This document shows positions 1 through 11,879 of a stretch of 19,380 nucleotides of DNA, piece after piece. The position numbers and the translations under genes were made by a program. Source of the stretch: Escherichia coli (GTDB taxonomy: Bacteria; Pseudomonadota; Gammaproteobacteria; Enterobacterales; Enterobacteriaceae); assembly GCF_003334355.1 (NCBI RefSeq), contig NZ_QOWP01000048.1, one strand, 5' to 3'. Position 1 is the first letter of the stretch, and every line of letters begins with the position of its first letter. The notes below the pieces were generated by a model, which had not been told where the DNA came from, did no database searches, and was given only the letters and a program-made list of their open reading frames with translations.

Positions 1-77
1 ATCTGATGGAAATGGAAGCCACGCAAGCACCTTAAAATCACCATCATACACTAAATCAGTAAGTTGGCAGCATTACC
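1..77 (-). mobile_element. IS1-family insertion sequence, terminal fragment (insA-proximal end, iso-IS1-like variant); element continues left of the window
   Basis: Reverse complement of 1-77 reads GGTAATGCTGCCAACTTACTGATTTAGTGTATGATGGTG...GTGGCTTCCATTTCCATCAGAT, i.e. an IS1 terminal inverted repeat followed by the GTG start and first codons of InsA (VASISI). Roughly 10 mismatches to the IS1 copy at 19203-19380, so a different isoform. Terminus at base 77. Confidence 0.85.
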
Positions 78-336
78 AAATTTTAATTACACTTAAGGTG
101 TATATTTTCTATGCAAGCCATCAATTAAAGAGGTGTAATGTGCTGATGACTATTTGTAATCGTTATACATTCTGACCTGGAGTCAGAAGGTATTTCTCTG
201 TCTGTGTATTCGCAGGCAGTGTGGTTGATTACATGAAATTCAGTACATTTGTCCTTCTCGCCTGCCTTTCGTCATTACCGACGGTATTGAATTTCGTTTT
301 CCCCATTGGGGTTCTCCGGACAAGGAGTTGTTTGTT

Positions 337-1569
337 ATGCCACGTTTTTTTGCCCGCCATGCCGCCACGCTGTTTTTCCCGATGGCGTTGATTTTGTATG
401 ACTTTGCTGCGTATCTGTCGACGGACCTGATCCAGCCAGGGATCATTAATGTGGTCCGTGATTTTAATGCCGATGTCAGTCTGGCCCCGGCTGCCGTCAG
501 TCTCTATCTCGCTGGAGGCATGGCATTGCAGTGGCTGCTGGGGCCGCTTTCCGACAGGGTTGGCCGCAGGCCGGTGCTGATTACCGGGGCGCTAATATTT
601 ACCCTTGCCTGCGCTGCGACAATGTTCACAACGTCTATGACACAGTTTCTTATCGCGCGTGCAATTCAGGGCACCAGTATCTGTTTTATTGCCACCGTTG
701 GTTATGTCACGGTGCAGGAGGCGTTCGGACAGACAAAAGGGATCAAGTTGATGGCGATTATCACCTCCATCGTACTGATTGCGCCGATTATTGGCCCGCT
801 TTCCGGCGCAGCTCTGATGCACTTTGTGCACTGGAAAGTCCTTTTTGCCATCATTGCGGTTATGGGTTTTATCTCATTTGTTGGCTTACTGCTGGCGATG
901 CCAGAGACGGTGAAGCGCGGCGCGGTTCCATTTAGCGCCAAAAGCGTCTTGCGCGATTTTCGTAATGTCTTTTGCAATCGGCTGTTCCTCTTTGGCGCAG
1001 CAACCATCTCTTTAAGCTATATCCCCATGATGAGTTGGGTGGCTGTCTCGCCGGTGATCCTGATCGACGCGGGCGGCTTAACAACTTCGCAGTTCGCCTG
1101 GACACAGGTTCCGGTGTTCGGCGCGGTGATTGTCGCGAATGCCATCGTGGCGCGTTTCGTTAAAGATCCGACCGAACCGCGCTTTATCTGGCGTGCCGTA
1201 CCCCTTCAACTGGTTGGCCTCGCGCTGTTGATTATCGGCAATCTGCTGTCACCGCACGTCTGGCTGTGGTCGGTGCTGGGCACCAGTCTGTATGCTTTCG
1301 GGATTGGTTTGATTTTCCCGACCTTATTCCGCTTTACGCTGTTTTCCAATAACTTACCGAAAGGGACCGTCTCCGCATCGCTGAATATGGTGATCCTGAT
1401 GGTGATGTCTGTCTCGGTCGAAATCGGCCGCTGGCTGTGGTTTAACAGCGGTCGCTTGCCGTTTCATCTGTTAGCCGTTGTGGCAGGCGTTATCGTCGTT
1501 TTCACCCTGGCCGGATTGCTTAATCGCGTGCGCCAACATCAGGCTGCCGAGCTGGCGGAGGAGCGGTGA
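337..1569 (+). CDS. mdtM: MFS multidrug efflux transporter MdtM (410 aa)
   Basis: 413-aa ORF 328-1569. AAGGAG at 322-327 with ATG at 337 (9-nt spacer), so the TTG at 328 is rejected. Multiple hydrophobic helices and the MFS motif-A-like [11 protein letters not shown]. Sequence recognised as E. coli MdtM/YjiO. Confidence 0.9.
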   Translation: MPRFFARHAATLFFPMALILYDFAAYLSTDLIQPGIINVVRDFNADVSLAPAAVSLYLAGGMALQWLLGPLSDRVGRRPVLITGALIFTLACAATMFTTSMTQFLIARAIQGTSICFIATVGYVTVQEAFGQTKGIKLMAIITSIVLIAPIIGPLSGAALMHFVHWKVLFAIIAVMGFISFVGLLLAMPETVKRGAVPFSAKSVLRDFRNVFCNRLFLFGAATISLSYIPMMSWVAVSPVILIDAGGLTTSQFAWTQVPVFGAVIVANAIVARFVKDPTEPRFIWRAVPLQLVGLALLIIGNLLSPHVWLWSVLGTSLYAFGIGLIFPTLFRFTLFSNNLPKGTVSASLNMVILMVMSVSVEIGRWLWFNSGRLPFHLLAVVAGVIVVFTLAGLLNRVRQHQAAELAEER

Positions 1570-1609
1570 TTTTTGCGCGATCCTGCCGTCAGGCTCTATT
1601 CTTAACATT

Positions 1610-2890
1610 ATGAATAAACTCATTGAACTCAGACGCGCCAAAATGTTGGCGCTCTCTTTACTGCTTATCGCCGCTGCTACCTTTGTCGTTACGCTGTTTT
1701 TGCCGCCCAATTTTTGGGTGAGCGGCGTGAAGGCGATTGCTGAAGCGGCGATGGTCGGCGCGCTGGCGGACTGGTTTGCGGTGGTGGCGCTGTTTCGCCG
1801 CGTGCCGATTCCGATCATTTCTCGTCATACGGCGATTATTCCGCGTAATAAAGACCGGATTGGCGAAAATCTCGGCCAGTTCGTGCAGGAAAAATTTCTC
1901 GATACCCAATCGCTGGTGGCATTGATTCGACGTCACGAACCGGCGTTGTTGATTGGCAACTGGTTTAGTCAGCCAGAAAACGCCCGCCGCGTTGGTCAGC
2001 ATCTGTTGCAGATCATGAGCGGTTTTCTTGAACTAACCGATGATGCGCGTATTCAGCGCCTGCTTAAGCGCGCGGTCCACCGGGCGATTGATAAAGTCGA
2101 TCTTTCTGGCACCAGTGCGTTGATGCTGGAGAGTATGACTAAAAACGATCGTCATCAGGTGCTGCTGGATACGCTGATCGCACAGTTGATCGCCCTTCTC
2201 CAGCGCGATAAATCGCGCAAGTTTATTGCCCAGCAAATTGTTCGCTGGCTGGAGAGCGAGCATCCACTGAAAGCCAAAATTTTGCCCACTGAATGGCTGG
2301 GCGAACATAGCGCGGAGTTGGTTTCTGACGCGGTGAATTCTTTGCTTGATGATATCAGCCGCGATCGTGCGCATCAGATCCGCCATGCGTTTGATCGCGC
2401 TACCTTCGCCCTGATCGAGAAACTGAAAAACGATCCGGAAATGGCGGCGCGAGCCGATGCCGTAAAAAGCTATCTGAAAGAAGATGAAGCTTTTAACCGC
2501 TATCTCAGTGAATTGTGGGGGGATTTACGGGAATGGCTGAAAGCGGATATCAACAGTGAAGATTCTCGTGTGAAAGAACGTATCGCGCGGGCTGGTCAAT
2601 GGTTTGGCGAAACGTTAATTGCCGATGATGCCTTGCGGGCGTCGTTAAATGGTCATCTGGAACAAGCCGCACACCGCATTGCGCCTGAGTTTTCCGCATT
2701 CCTGACTCGCCATATCAGCGACACGGTAAAAAGCTGGGACGCACGGAACATGTCGCGGCAAATCGAGTTAAATATCGGCAAAGATCTCCAGTTTATCCGT
2801 GTCAACGGTACGCTGGTTGGCGGTTGTATTGGACTTATTTTGTATTTGCTGTCGCAGCTCCCGGCCTTGTTCCCCCTCGGCAATTTATAG
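1610..2890 (+). CDS. yjiN: DUF445-family inner membrane protein YjiN (426 aa)
   Basis: In-frame ATG at 1610 inside ORF 1478-2890 gives 426 aa, the length recalled for K-12 YjiN. N-terminal transmembrane segment ([19 protein letters not shown]) then a long charged helical region. Confidence 0.85.
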   Translation: MNKLIELRRAKMLALSLLLIAAATFVVTLFLPPNFWVSGVKAIAEAAMVGALADWFAVVALFRRVPIPIISRHTAIIPRNKDRIGENLGQFVQEKFLDTQSLVALIRRHEPALLIGNWFSQPENARRVGQHLLQIMSGFLELTDDARIQRLLKRAVHRAIDKVDLSGTSALMLESMTKNDRHQVLLDTLIAQLIALLQRDKSRKFIAQQIVRWLESEHPLKAKILPTEWLGEHSAELVSDAVNSLLDDISRDRAHQIRHAFDRATFALIEKLKNDPEMAARADAVKSYLKEDEAFNRYLSELWGDLREWLKADINSEDSRVKERIARAGQWFGETLIADDALRASLNGHLEQAAHRIAPEFSAFLTRHISDTVKSWDARNMSRQIELNIGKDLQFIRVNGTLVGGCIGLILYLLSQLPALFPLGNL

Positions 2891-3005
2891 AAATCCATGA
2901 AAAACTAAGTGGCTAACCGCGAGAGAGATCAAATAAACCACACTAAAAGAATGGTAATAATGTGGCCTCTTTTCATTATCTCCCGTGGTACGGGGAAGGA
3001 AAATC

Positions 3006-6113
<3,108 letters not shown>

Positions 6114-6180
6114 CAGGCTGGCATGTTTCACCTTTTTGTTATTAACTTGTTAACAACAAAAATGACAAACAAGGTTAAAC

Positions 6181-7359
6181 ATGCCTTCGCCCTCGCATCC
6201 CGTAGAACGCTTTTCTTTCAGCACCGCGCTTTTCGGGATGCTGGTTCTGACCTTAGGTATGGGTTTAGGCCGCTTCCTTTATACGCCTATGTTGCCCGTC
6301 ATGATGGCGGAAGGATCGTTTTCATTTAGCCAGCTCTCGTGGATTGCCAGCGGCAACTATGCGGGGTATCTGGCTGGCAGTCTGCTATTTTCGTTTGGCG
6401 CATTTCACCAGCCATCGCGCCTGCGCCCATTTCTGTTGGCTTCTGCCCTGGCGAGCGGGTTGTTGATCCTCGCAATGGCATGGTTGCTGCCATTTATTCT
6501 GGTGTTATTGATTCGCGTCCTGGCGGGTGTCGCCAGCGCCGGTATGCTGATTTTTGGTTCGACGCTGATTATGCAGCACACGCGCCATCCTTTTGTGCTG
6601 GCAGCTTTGTTTTCTGGCGTTGGCATTGGCATCGCACTGGGCAATGAATATGTTCTGGCAGGCCTGCATTTTGACCTCTCCTCGCAAACGTTATGGCAAG
6701 GCGCCGGGGCGCTTTCTGGCATGATGCTGATTGCACTTACGCTTTTAATGCCCTCGAAAAAACACGCCATCACACCAATGCCATTGGCAAAAACGGAGCA
6801 ACAGATAATGAGCTGGTGGTTACTGGCTATTCTGTACGGCCTGGCGGGATTTGGTTATATCATCGTCGCGACTTACCTGCCGCTCATGGCGAAAGATGCA
6901 GGCTCACCATTGTTAACCGCCCATCTCTGGACGTTAGTCGGCTTATCAATTGTGCCTGGTTGCTTTGGCTGGCTATGGGCAGCAAAACGTTGGTGGGCTT
7001 TGCCCTGCCTGACGGCGAATTTGCTGGTGCAGGCTATCTGTGTGCTGCTTACTCTCGCCAGCGACTCGCCTCTCTTGCTTATCATCAGCAGTCTTGGTTT
7101 TGGCGGTACCTTTATGGGCACGACATCTCTGGTGATGACTATCGCCCGCCAACTGAGCGTACCGGGAAATCTCAATCTTTTAGGCTTTGTGACGCTCATT
7201 TACGGCATTGGACAAATCCTCGGCCCGGCGCTGACCAGTATGCTCGGCAATGGAACATCGGCGCTTGCCGGCGCCACTCTCTGCGGCGCGGCGGCGTTGT
7301 TTATTGCTGCGCTTATCAGCACAGTACAATTATTTAAGCTGCAAGTGGTCACTTCATGA
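6181..7359 (+). CDS. yjiJ: MFS-like inner membrane transporter YjiJ (392 aa)
   Basis: 392-aa ORF, highly hydrophobic with many predicted helices. AAGG at 6171-6174 upstream of ATG 6181. Recognised as YjiJ. Confidence 0.85.
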   Translation: MPSPSHPVERFSFSTALFGMLVLTLGMGLGRFLYTPMLPVMMAEGSFSFSQLSWIASGNYAGYLAGSLLFSFGAFHQPSRLRPFLLASALASGLLILAMAWLLPFILVLLIRVLAGVASAGMLIFGSTLIMQHTRHPFVLAALFSGVGIGIALGNEYVLAGLHFDLSSQTLWQGAGALSGMMLIALTLLMPSKKHAITPMPLAKTEQQIMSWWLLAILYGLAGFGYIIVATYLPLMAKDAGSPLLTAHLWTLVGLSIVPGCFGWLWAAKRWWALPCLTANLLVQAICVLLTLASDSPLLLIISSLGFGGTFMGTTSLVMTIARQLSVPGNLNLLGFVTLIYGIGQILGPALTSMLGNGTSALAGATLCGAAALFIAALISTVQLFKLQVVTS

Positions 7360-7371
7360 GGAGTGTTTCCC

Positions 7372-7926
7372 TTACCACTCAAGAAATTCGACCGCAACCG
7401 TTGATGTCAGCCAGACCCCGTTTTCCGCTTGCCAGAAAGGGAGGCCTCGTTTCGCCATTTCCTGTGCTTTGACGGTTAAAATAACCGGCGATCCGTGTCT
7501 TGCTCCCACTTTGCGTGCCGTTGCTTCATCAGCAGAGAGATGTACGTAGTGACGCTCACCTGCAATCAGCCCCTGTTTTTTTATCTCGTCAAGGAAACGG
7601 CTTGCCGTACCGTGGTAGAGAAACTGTGGCGGTGTTTTTTCGGCAAAGGAAATAGCGACCTGCGAAGTCGAATGCCCCTGAACCGCGCGGATGCACCTAC
7701 CATCACTGGAATAACTAAAACGCTTTTTATCGCTGGTGGCAACCACGGTATCCAGCAATGCACGGGTTAACCGCTTGCCCGCTTTTTGGGCACAAAGTAT
7801 GAGCTTATCGATATCCGCCCATCCTTCACGGTCCAGTACGATACCAATCGCCTCCGGTTTGTGTCGGAGGACAAAACTTAAAAACTTGCTCGTATCCGCC
7901 AGCTCTTTTTCGTTGTACTTTGCCAT
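7372..7926 (-). CDS. kptA: RNA 2'-phosphotransferase KptA (Tpt1 family), 184 aa
   Basis: 184-aa ORF on the minus strand with Tpt1-like segments ([23 protein letters not shown]). AGGGA lies about 10 nt upstream of the ATG on the minus strand. Confidence 0.9.
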   Translation of the reverse strand: MAKYNEKELADTSKFLSFVLRHKPEAIGIVLDREGWADIDKLILCAQKAGKRLTRALLDTVVATSDKKRFSYSSDGRCIRAVQGHSTSQVAISFAEKTPPQFLYHGTASRFLDEIKKQGLIAGERHYVHLSADEATARKVGARHGSPVILTVKAQEMAKRGLPFWQAENGVWLTSTVAVEFLEW

Positions 7927-8175
7927 CGCGTTTTCGTCCCTGGATTATCTGTTTTTTATTTACTATGTCATTGTCACTGGGTTTATGAATTTTCTGCAAC
8001 TCAATCCTGCGTAGAACCTTTTCCACACAGCGTAATTTTACCGCTATGCAAAAAACGCATAGTCAGAAACATACTTGCATTTTCCCCATACCCACATGGC
8101 TGATAAGGTTTTTCAGCTCCAGGAATTTTCCTGGCTCAAGCAACACACAAACACAAAAAAACAATGGGGATTGTT

Positions 8176-8859
8176 ATGACACAACAAGGGGATGCTGTAG
8201 CCGGGGAGCTGGCGACAGAAAAAGTGGGCATTAAAGGGTATCTGGCTTTTTTTCTCACCATAATCTTTTTTTCCGGTGTTTTTTCCGGGACAGACAGTTG
8301 GTGGCGCGTTTTTGATTTTTCCGTTCTGAACGGATCGTTTGGGCAACTGCCTGGTGCGAACGGAGCCACCACCTCGTTTCGCGGCGCGGGTGGCGCGGGG
8401 GCTAAAGATGGCTTTCTCTTTGCGCTGGAGCTGGCACCGTCAGTCATTCTCTCTCTGGGGATTATTTCAATTACCGATGGTCTTGGCGGATTACGCGCCG
8501 CGCAGCAGTTAATGACGCCAGTGCTAAAACCGTTGTTGGGCATTCCAGGGATCTGCTCGCTGGCGCTGATCGCTAACCTGCAAAACACCGATGCCGCCGC
8601 AGGTATGACCAAAGAGCTGGCGCAGGAAGGTGAAATTACCGAACGCGATAAAGTGATTTTCGCCGCATATCAAACCAGCGGTAGCGCCATTATCACCAAC
8701 TACTTCTCTTCCGGCGTCGCGGTGTTTGCCTTTCTGGGCACGTCCGTAATCGTACCTTTAGCAGTCATCCTGGTGTTTAAATTTGTCGGAGCCAACATTT
8801 TGCGCGTCTGGCTTAACTTCGAAGAACGTCGCAACCCAACGCAAGGAGCGCAAGCATGA
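8176..8859 (+). CDS. yjiH: Inner membrane protein YjiH (nucleoside-recognition/Gate-domain, SpmA-like), 227 aa
   Basis: Second in-frame ATG (8176) is preceded by GGGGA; ATG 8164 has no SD. Hydrophobic membrane protein. Confidence 0.85.
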   Translation: MTQQGDAVAGELATEKVGIKGYLAFFLTIIFFSGVFSGTDSWWRVFDFSVLNGSFGQLPGANGATTSFRGAGGAGAKDGFLFALELAPSVILSLGIISITDGLGGLRAAQQLMTPVLKPLLGIPGICSLALIANLQNTDAAAGMTKELAQEGEITERDKVIFAAYQTSGSAIITNYFSSGVAVFAFLGTSVIVPLAVILVFKFVGANILRVWLNFEERRNPTQGAQA

Positions 8860-9317
8860 CAACTCAGGTCCGCAAAAACATCATGGATATGTTTATCGAT
8901 GGTGCGCGCCGTGGCTTTACTATCGCCACGACCAACCTGCTGCCAAACGTGGTGATGGCGTTTGTCATCATTCAGGCGCTGAAAATTACCGGCCTGCTCG
9001 ACTGGGTGGGGCATATCTGTGAACCCGTAATGGCGCTGTGGGGATTACCCGGTGAAGCGGCAACCGTCCTTTTAGCCGCATTAATGAGTATGGGTGGCGC
9101 AGTCGGTGTTGCCGCCAGTCTGGCAACCGCTGGCGCATTAACCGGTCACGATGTCACCGTTTTACTGCCCGCGATGTATTTAATGGGCAACCCGGTGCAA
9201 AATGTCGGTCGCTGCCTGGGGACAGCCGAAGTGAATGCCAAATATTACCCGCATATCATTACGGTCTGCGTGATTAACGCATTGCTGTCGATCTGGGTTA
9301 TGCAGCTTATTGTTTAA
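8856..9317 (+). CDS. yjiG: Inner membrane protein YjiG (nucleoside-recognition-domain, SpmB-like), 153 aa
   Basis: ATG overlaps the yjiH stop (ATGA at 8856-8859), implying translational coupling. Hydrophobic, glycine-rich helices. Confidence 0.85.
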   Translation: MTTQVRKNIMDMFIDGARRGFTIATTNLLPNVVMAFVIIQALKITGLLDWVGHICEPVMALWGLPGEAATVLLAALMSMGGAVGVAASLATAGALTGHDVTVLLPAMYLMGNPVQNVGRCLGTAEVNAKYYPHIITVCVINALLSIWVMQLIV

Positions 9318-9329
9318 CAAGGAGTTACC

Positions 9330-10502
9330 ATGATTGATTATACCGCAGCCGGTTTTACCCTGCTGCAGGGAGCGCATTTGTATGCGCCGGAAGATCGGGG
9401 AATTTGCGATGTCCTCGTCGCTAACGGCAAAATTATCGCCGTTGCCAGTAATATCCCTTCTGACATTGTACCGGACTGCACGGTTGTCGATCTCAGCGGG
9501 CAGATCCTCTGCCCAGGTTTTATTGATCAACACGTCCATTTGATTGGCGGTGGCGGCGAAGCAGGTCCCACGACGCGCACGCCGGAAGTGGCGTTAAGTC
9601 GTCTGACGGAAGCAGGCGTCACGTCAGTGGTTGGTCTGCTGGGCACCGACTCTATCTCTCGCCACCCGGAATCCCTGCTCGCCAAGACCCGTGCGCTCAA
9701 TGAAGAAGGCATCAGCGCCTGGATGCTGACCGGCGCTTATCATGTCCCTTCCCGCACTATTACGGGTTCCGTGGAAAAAGACGTGGCGATTATCGATCGC
9801 GTGATTGGCGTGAAATGCGCCATCTCTGATCACCGTTCTGCCGCACCGGACGTTTATCACCTGGCTAATATGGCGGCGGAATCCCGCGTTGGCGGTTTGC
9901 TCGGCGGTAAACCTGGCGTCACCGTGTTCCACATGGGCGACAGCAAAAAGGCGTTACAGCCTGTCTATGACCTGCTGGAAAACTGCGATGTGCCGATTAG
10001 CAAGTTGCTGCCGACCCACGTTAACCGCAACGTTCCGTTGTTTGAGCAGGCGCTGGAGTTCGCGCGCAAAGGCGGCACCATCGATATCACCAGCAGCATT
10101 GACGAACCAGTCGCCCCTGCCGAAGGTATTGCCCGCGCCGTTCAGGCGGGTATTCCGCTGGCACGCGTCACCCTCAGCTCCGACGGCAACGGTAGCCAGC
10201 CGTTCTTCGATGACGAAGGGAATTTAACCCATATCGGTGTTGCCGGTTTTGAAACGTTGCTGGAAACCGTGCAGGTGCTGGTCAAAGATTATGATTTCAG
10301 TATCAGCGATGCCCTGCGCCCGCTCACCAGTAGCGTAGCCGGTTTCCTTAACCTGAGCGGGAAAGGCGAAATTCTGCCAGGCAATGACGCAGACTTACTG
10401 GTCATGACGCCAGAATTACGCATTGAGCAGGTATACGCTCGCGGCAAGCTGATGGTCAAAGACGGCAAAGCCTGCGTGAAAGGAACGTTTGAAACGGCAT
10501 AA
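9330..10502 (+). CDS. iadA: Isoaspartyl dipeptidase IadA (amidohydrolase superfamily), 390 aa
   Basis: AAGGAG 6 nt upstream of ATG 9330. Metal-binding HxH motif in FIDQHVHLIGGGGE. Recognised as IadA. Confidence 0.9.
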   Translation: MIDYTAAGFTLLQGAHLYAPEDRGICDVLVANGKIIAVASNIPSDIVPDCTVVDLSGQILCPGFIDQHVHLIGGGGEAGPTTRTPEVALSRLTEAGVTSVVGLLGTDSISRHPESLLAKTRALNEEGISAWMLTGAYHVPSRTITGSVEKDVAIIDRVIGVKCAISDHRSAAPDVYHLANMAAESRVGGLLGGKPGVTVFHMGDSKKALQPVYDLLENCDVPISKLLPTHVNRNVPLFEQALEFARKGGTIDITSSIDEPVAPAEGIARAVQAGIPLARVTLSSDGNGSQPFFDDEGNLTHIGVAGFETLLETVQVLVKDYDFSISDALRPLTSSVAGFLNLSGKGEILPGNDADLLVMTPELRIEQVYARGKLMVKDGKACVKGTFETA

Positions 10503-10507
10503 ACGGT

Positions 10508-10554
10508 TGTCAGCCGCCCGAATGGACGTAGAATGCCCGCAAGGGCGGCTGACA
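10508..10554. promoter_or_regulatory. Perfect 12-bp inverted repeat (TGTCAGCCGCCC ... GGGCGGCTGACA) with 23-nt loop in the iadA-hypT spacer; possible terminator or processing/regulatory structure
   Basis: Read directly: arms at 10508-10519 and 10543-10554 are exact reverse complements. Begins 6 nt after the iadA stop and ends 13 nt before the hypT ATG. No U-tract follows. Confidence 0.5.
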
Positions 10555-10566
10555 GAGTAAAACGTA

Positions 10567-11478
10567 ATGGATGACTGTGGTGCGGTTTTGCATAATATTG
10601 AAACTAAATGGCTTTATGATTTTCTGACCCTGGAAAAATGCCGCAATTTTTCCCAGGCAGCAGTCAGTCGCAACGTCTCGCAACCGGCATTCAGCCGCCG
10701 CATCCGTGCGCTGGAACAGGCGATTGGCGTTGAATTGTTTAACCGCCAGGTGACGCCGCTGCAACTCTCGGAACAAGGTAAAATATTCCATTCGCAGATC
10801 CGCCATCTGTTGCAACAGTTAGAGAGCAACCTTGCAGAACTCCGTGGTGGCAGCGATTACGCGCAACGCAAAATTAAAATAGCCGCTGCACACTCTCTTT
10901 CCCTCGGGCTGTTACCGTCCATTATCAGCCAGATGCCGCCGCTCTTTACCTGGGCAATTGAAGCTATTGATGTCGATGAAGCGGTCGATAAACTGCGTGA
11001 AGGGCAAAGTGACTGTATTTTTTCCTTTCACGACGAAGATTTGCTGGAAGCGCCGTTTGACCACATTCGCTTATTTGAATCTCAATTGTTCCCCGTTTGC
11101 GCCAGTGACGAACACGGAGAAGCACTTTTTAACCTCGCGCAGCCACACTTTCCGTTACTGAATTACAGCCGCAACTCCTACATGGGGCGATTGATTAATC
11201 GCACCCTGACGCGCCACAGTGAGTTAAGTTTCAGCACCTTTTTTGTCTCTTCGATGAGCGAGCTTTTAAAGCAGGTTGCCCTCGACGGCTGTGGGATTGC
11301 CTGGCTACCGGAATACGCCATCCAACAAGAAATTCGCAGCGGGCAGCTCGTTGTACTGAATCGGGACGAACTGGTGATCCCGATTCAGGCCTATGCATAC
11401 CGGATGAATACCCGCATGAATCCAGTTGCCGAACGCTTCTGGCGTGAACTGCGCGAGCTGGAGATTGTGCTTAGCTGA
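10567..11478 (+). CDS. hypT: LysR-family hypochlorite-responsive transcriptional regulator HypT (YjiE), 303 aa
   Basis: N-terminal LysR helix-turn-helix ([39 protein letters not shown]). 303-aa ORF recognised as HypT. Confidence 0.9.
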   Translation: MDDCGAVLHNIETKWLYDFLTLEKCRNFSQAAVSRNVSQPAFSRRIRALEQAIGVELFNRQVTPLQLSEQGKIFHSQIRHLLQQLESNLAELRGGSDYAQRKIKIAAAHSLSLGLLPSIISQMPPLFTWAIEAIDVDEAVDKLREGQSDCIFSFHDEDLLEAPFDHIRLFESQLFPVCASDEHGEALFNLAQPHFPLLNYSRNSYMGRLINRTLTRHSELSFSTFFVSSMSELLKQVALDGCGIAWLPEYAIQQEIRSGQLVVLNRDELVIPIQAYAYRMNTRMNPVAERFWRELRELEIVLS

Positions 11479-11863
11479 CATTCTCCAGCGTCGCACTGCG
11501 CCAACCGCCATTATCCCAGACCAGATCAAACGTTAGCGATTCATCGTCGTGATACAGCATTATCTCAAGGCTGATCGCCAGAGTGTGGCAGTACGCTTCT
11601 TTCAAATTAACCTGCAACGCCGCAATCCGTGGCTCATGAAATAACAGTGCAGAACGCAGCTGACGGCAATACCAGCTCTGGAGATGTTTGTCGCTCGGGT
11701 TATGCACTTGCCACTCGGGCATGCCTGAAACAAGTAATGACGGTAATGCCGAATGAGGAGAATTAAAAAGAGTGAGGAGATCGCTGCATACTGATTTACG
11801 CAGCGGTGACGTTTTATTGCCTGAAATTTCAGGTAAAACAGCCTGAAGTGATTGGCGCATCAT
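11471..11863 (-). CDS. iraD: Anti-adaptor protein IraD (YjiD), inhibitor of RssB-mediated RpoS degradation, 130 aa
   Basis: Minus-strand ORF 11471-11872; starting at the 4th codon ([15 protein letters not shown]) gives 130 aa as recalled for IraD. The 3' end overlaps the hypT 3' end by 8 bp (convergent). Confidence 0.85.
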   Translation of the reverse strand: MMRQSLQAVLPEISGNKTSPLRKSVCSDLLTLFNSPHSALPSLLVSGMPEWQVHNPSDKHLQSWYCRQLRSALLFHEPRIAALQVNLKEAYCHTLAISLEIMLYHDDESLTFDLVWDNGGWRSATLENVS

Positions 11864-11879
11864 TTTGCGCACTCCTGAC

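Noticed and set aside
328-336. TTG at 328 as the mdtM start (ORF-track start)
   Set aside because: It sits immediately after the AAGGAG Shine-Dalgarno with no spacer; the ATG at 337 has a 9-nt spacer and gives the expected 410-aa product.
531-1163. Alternative-frame and antisense ORFs inside mdtM (134, 79, 101 and 63 aa)
   Set aside because: Fully embedded in a well-supported membrane transporter gene; Cys/Arg/His-rich low-complexity translations typical of off-frame GC-rich DNA.
6339-7337. Off-frame ORFs inside yjiJ (102, 122 and 214 aa)
   Set aside because: Embedded in the yjiJ coding sequence; translations are Arg/Cys/Trp-rich with no recognisable domain features.
8136-8612. 158-aa minus-strand ORF antisense to yjiH
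   Set aside because: Antisense to a conserved membrane protein gene; Pro/Ala/Ser-rich low-complexity translation with no start context.
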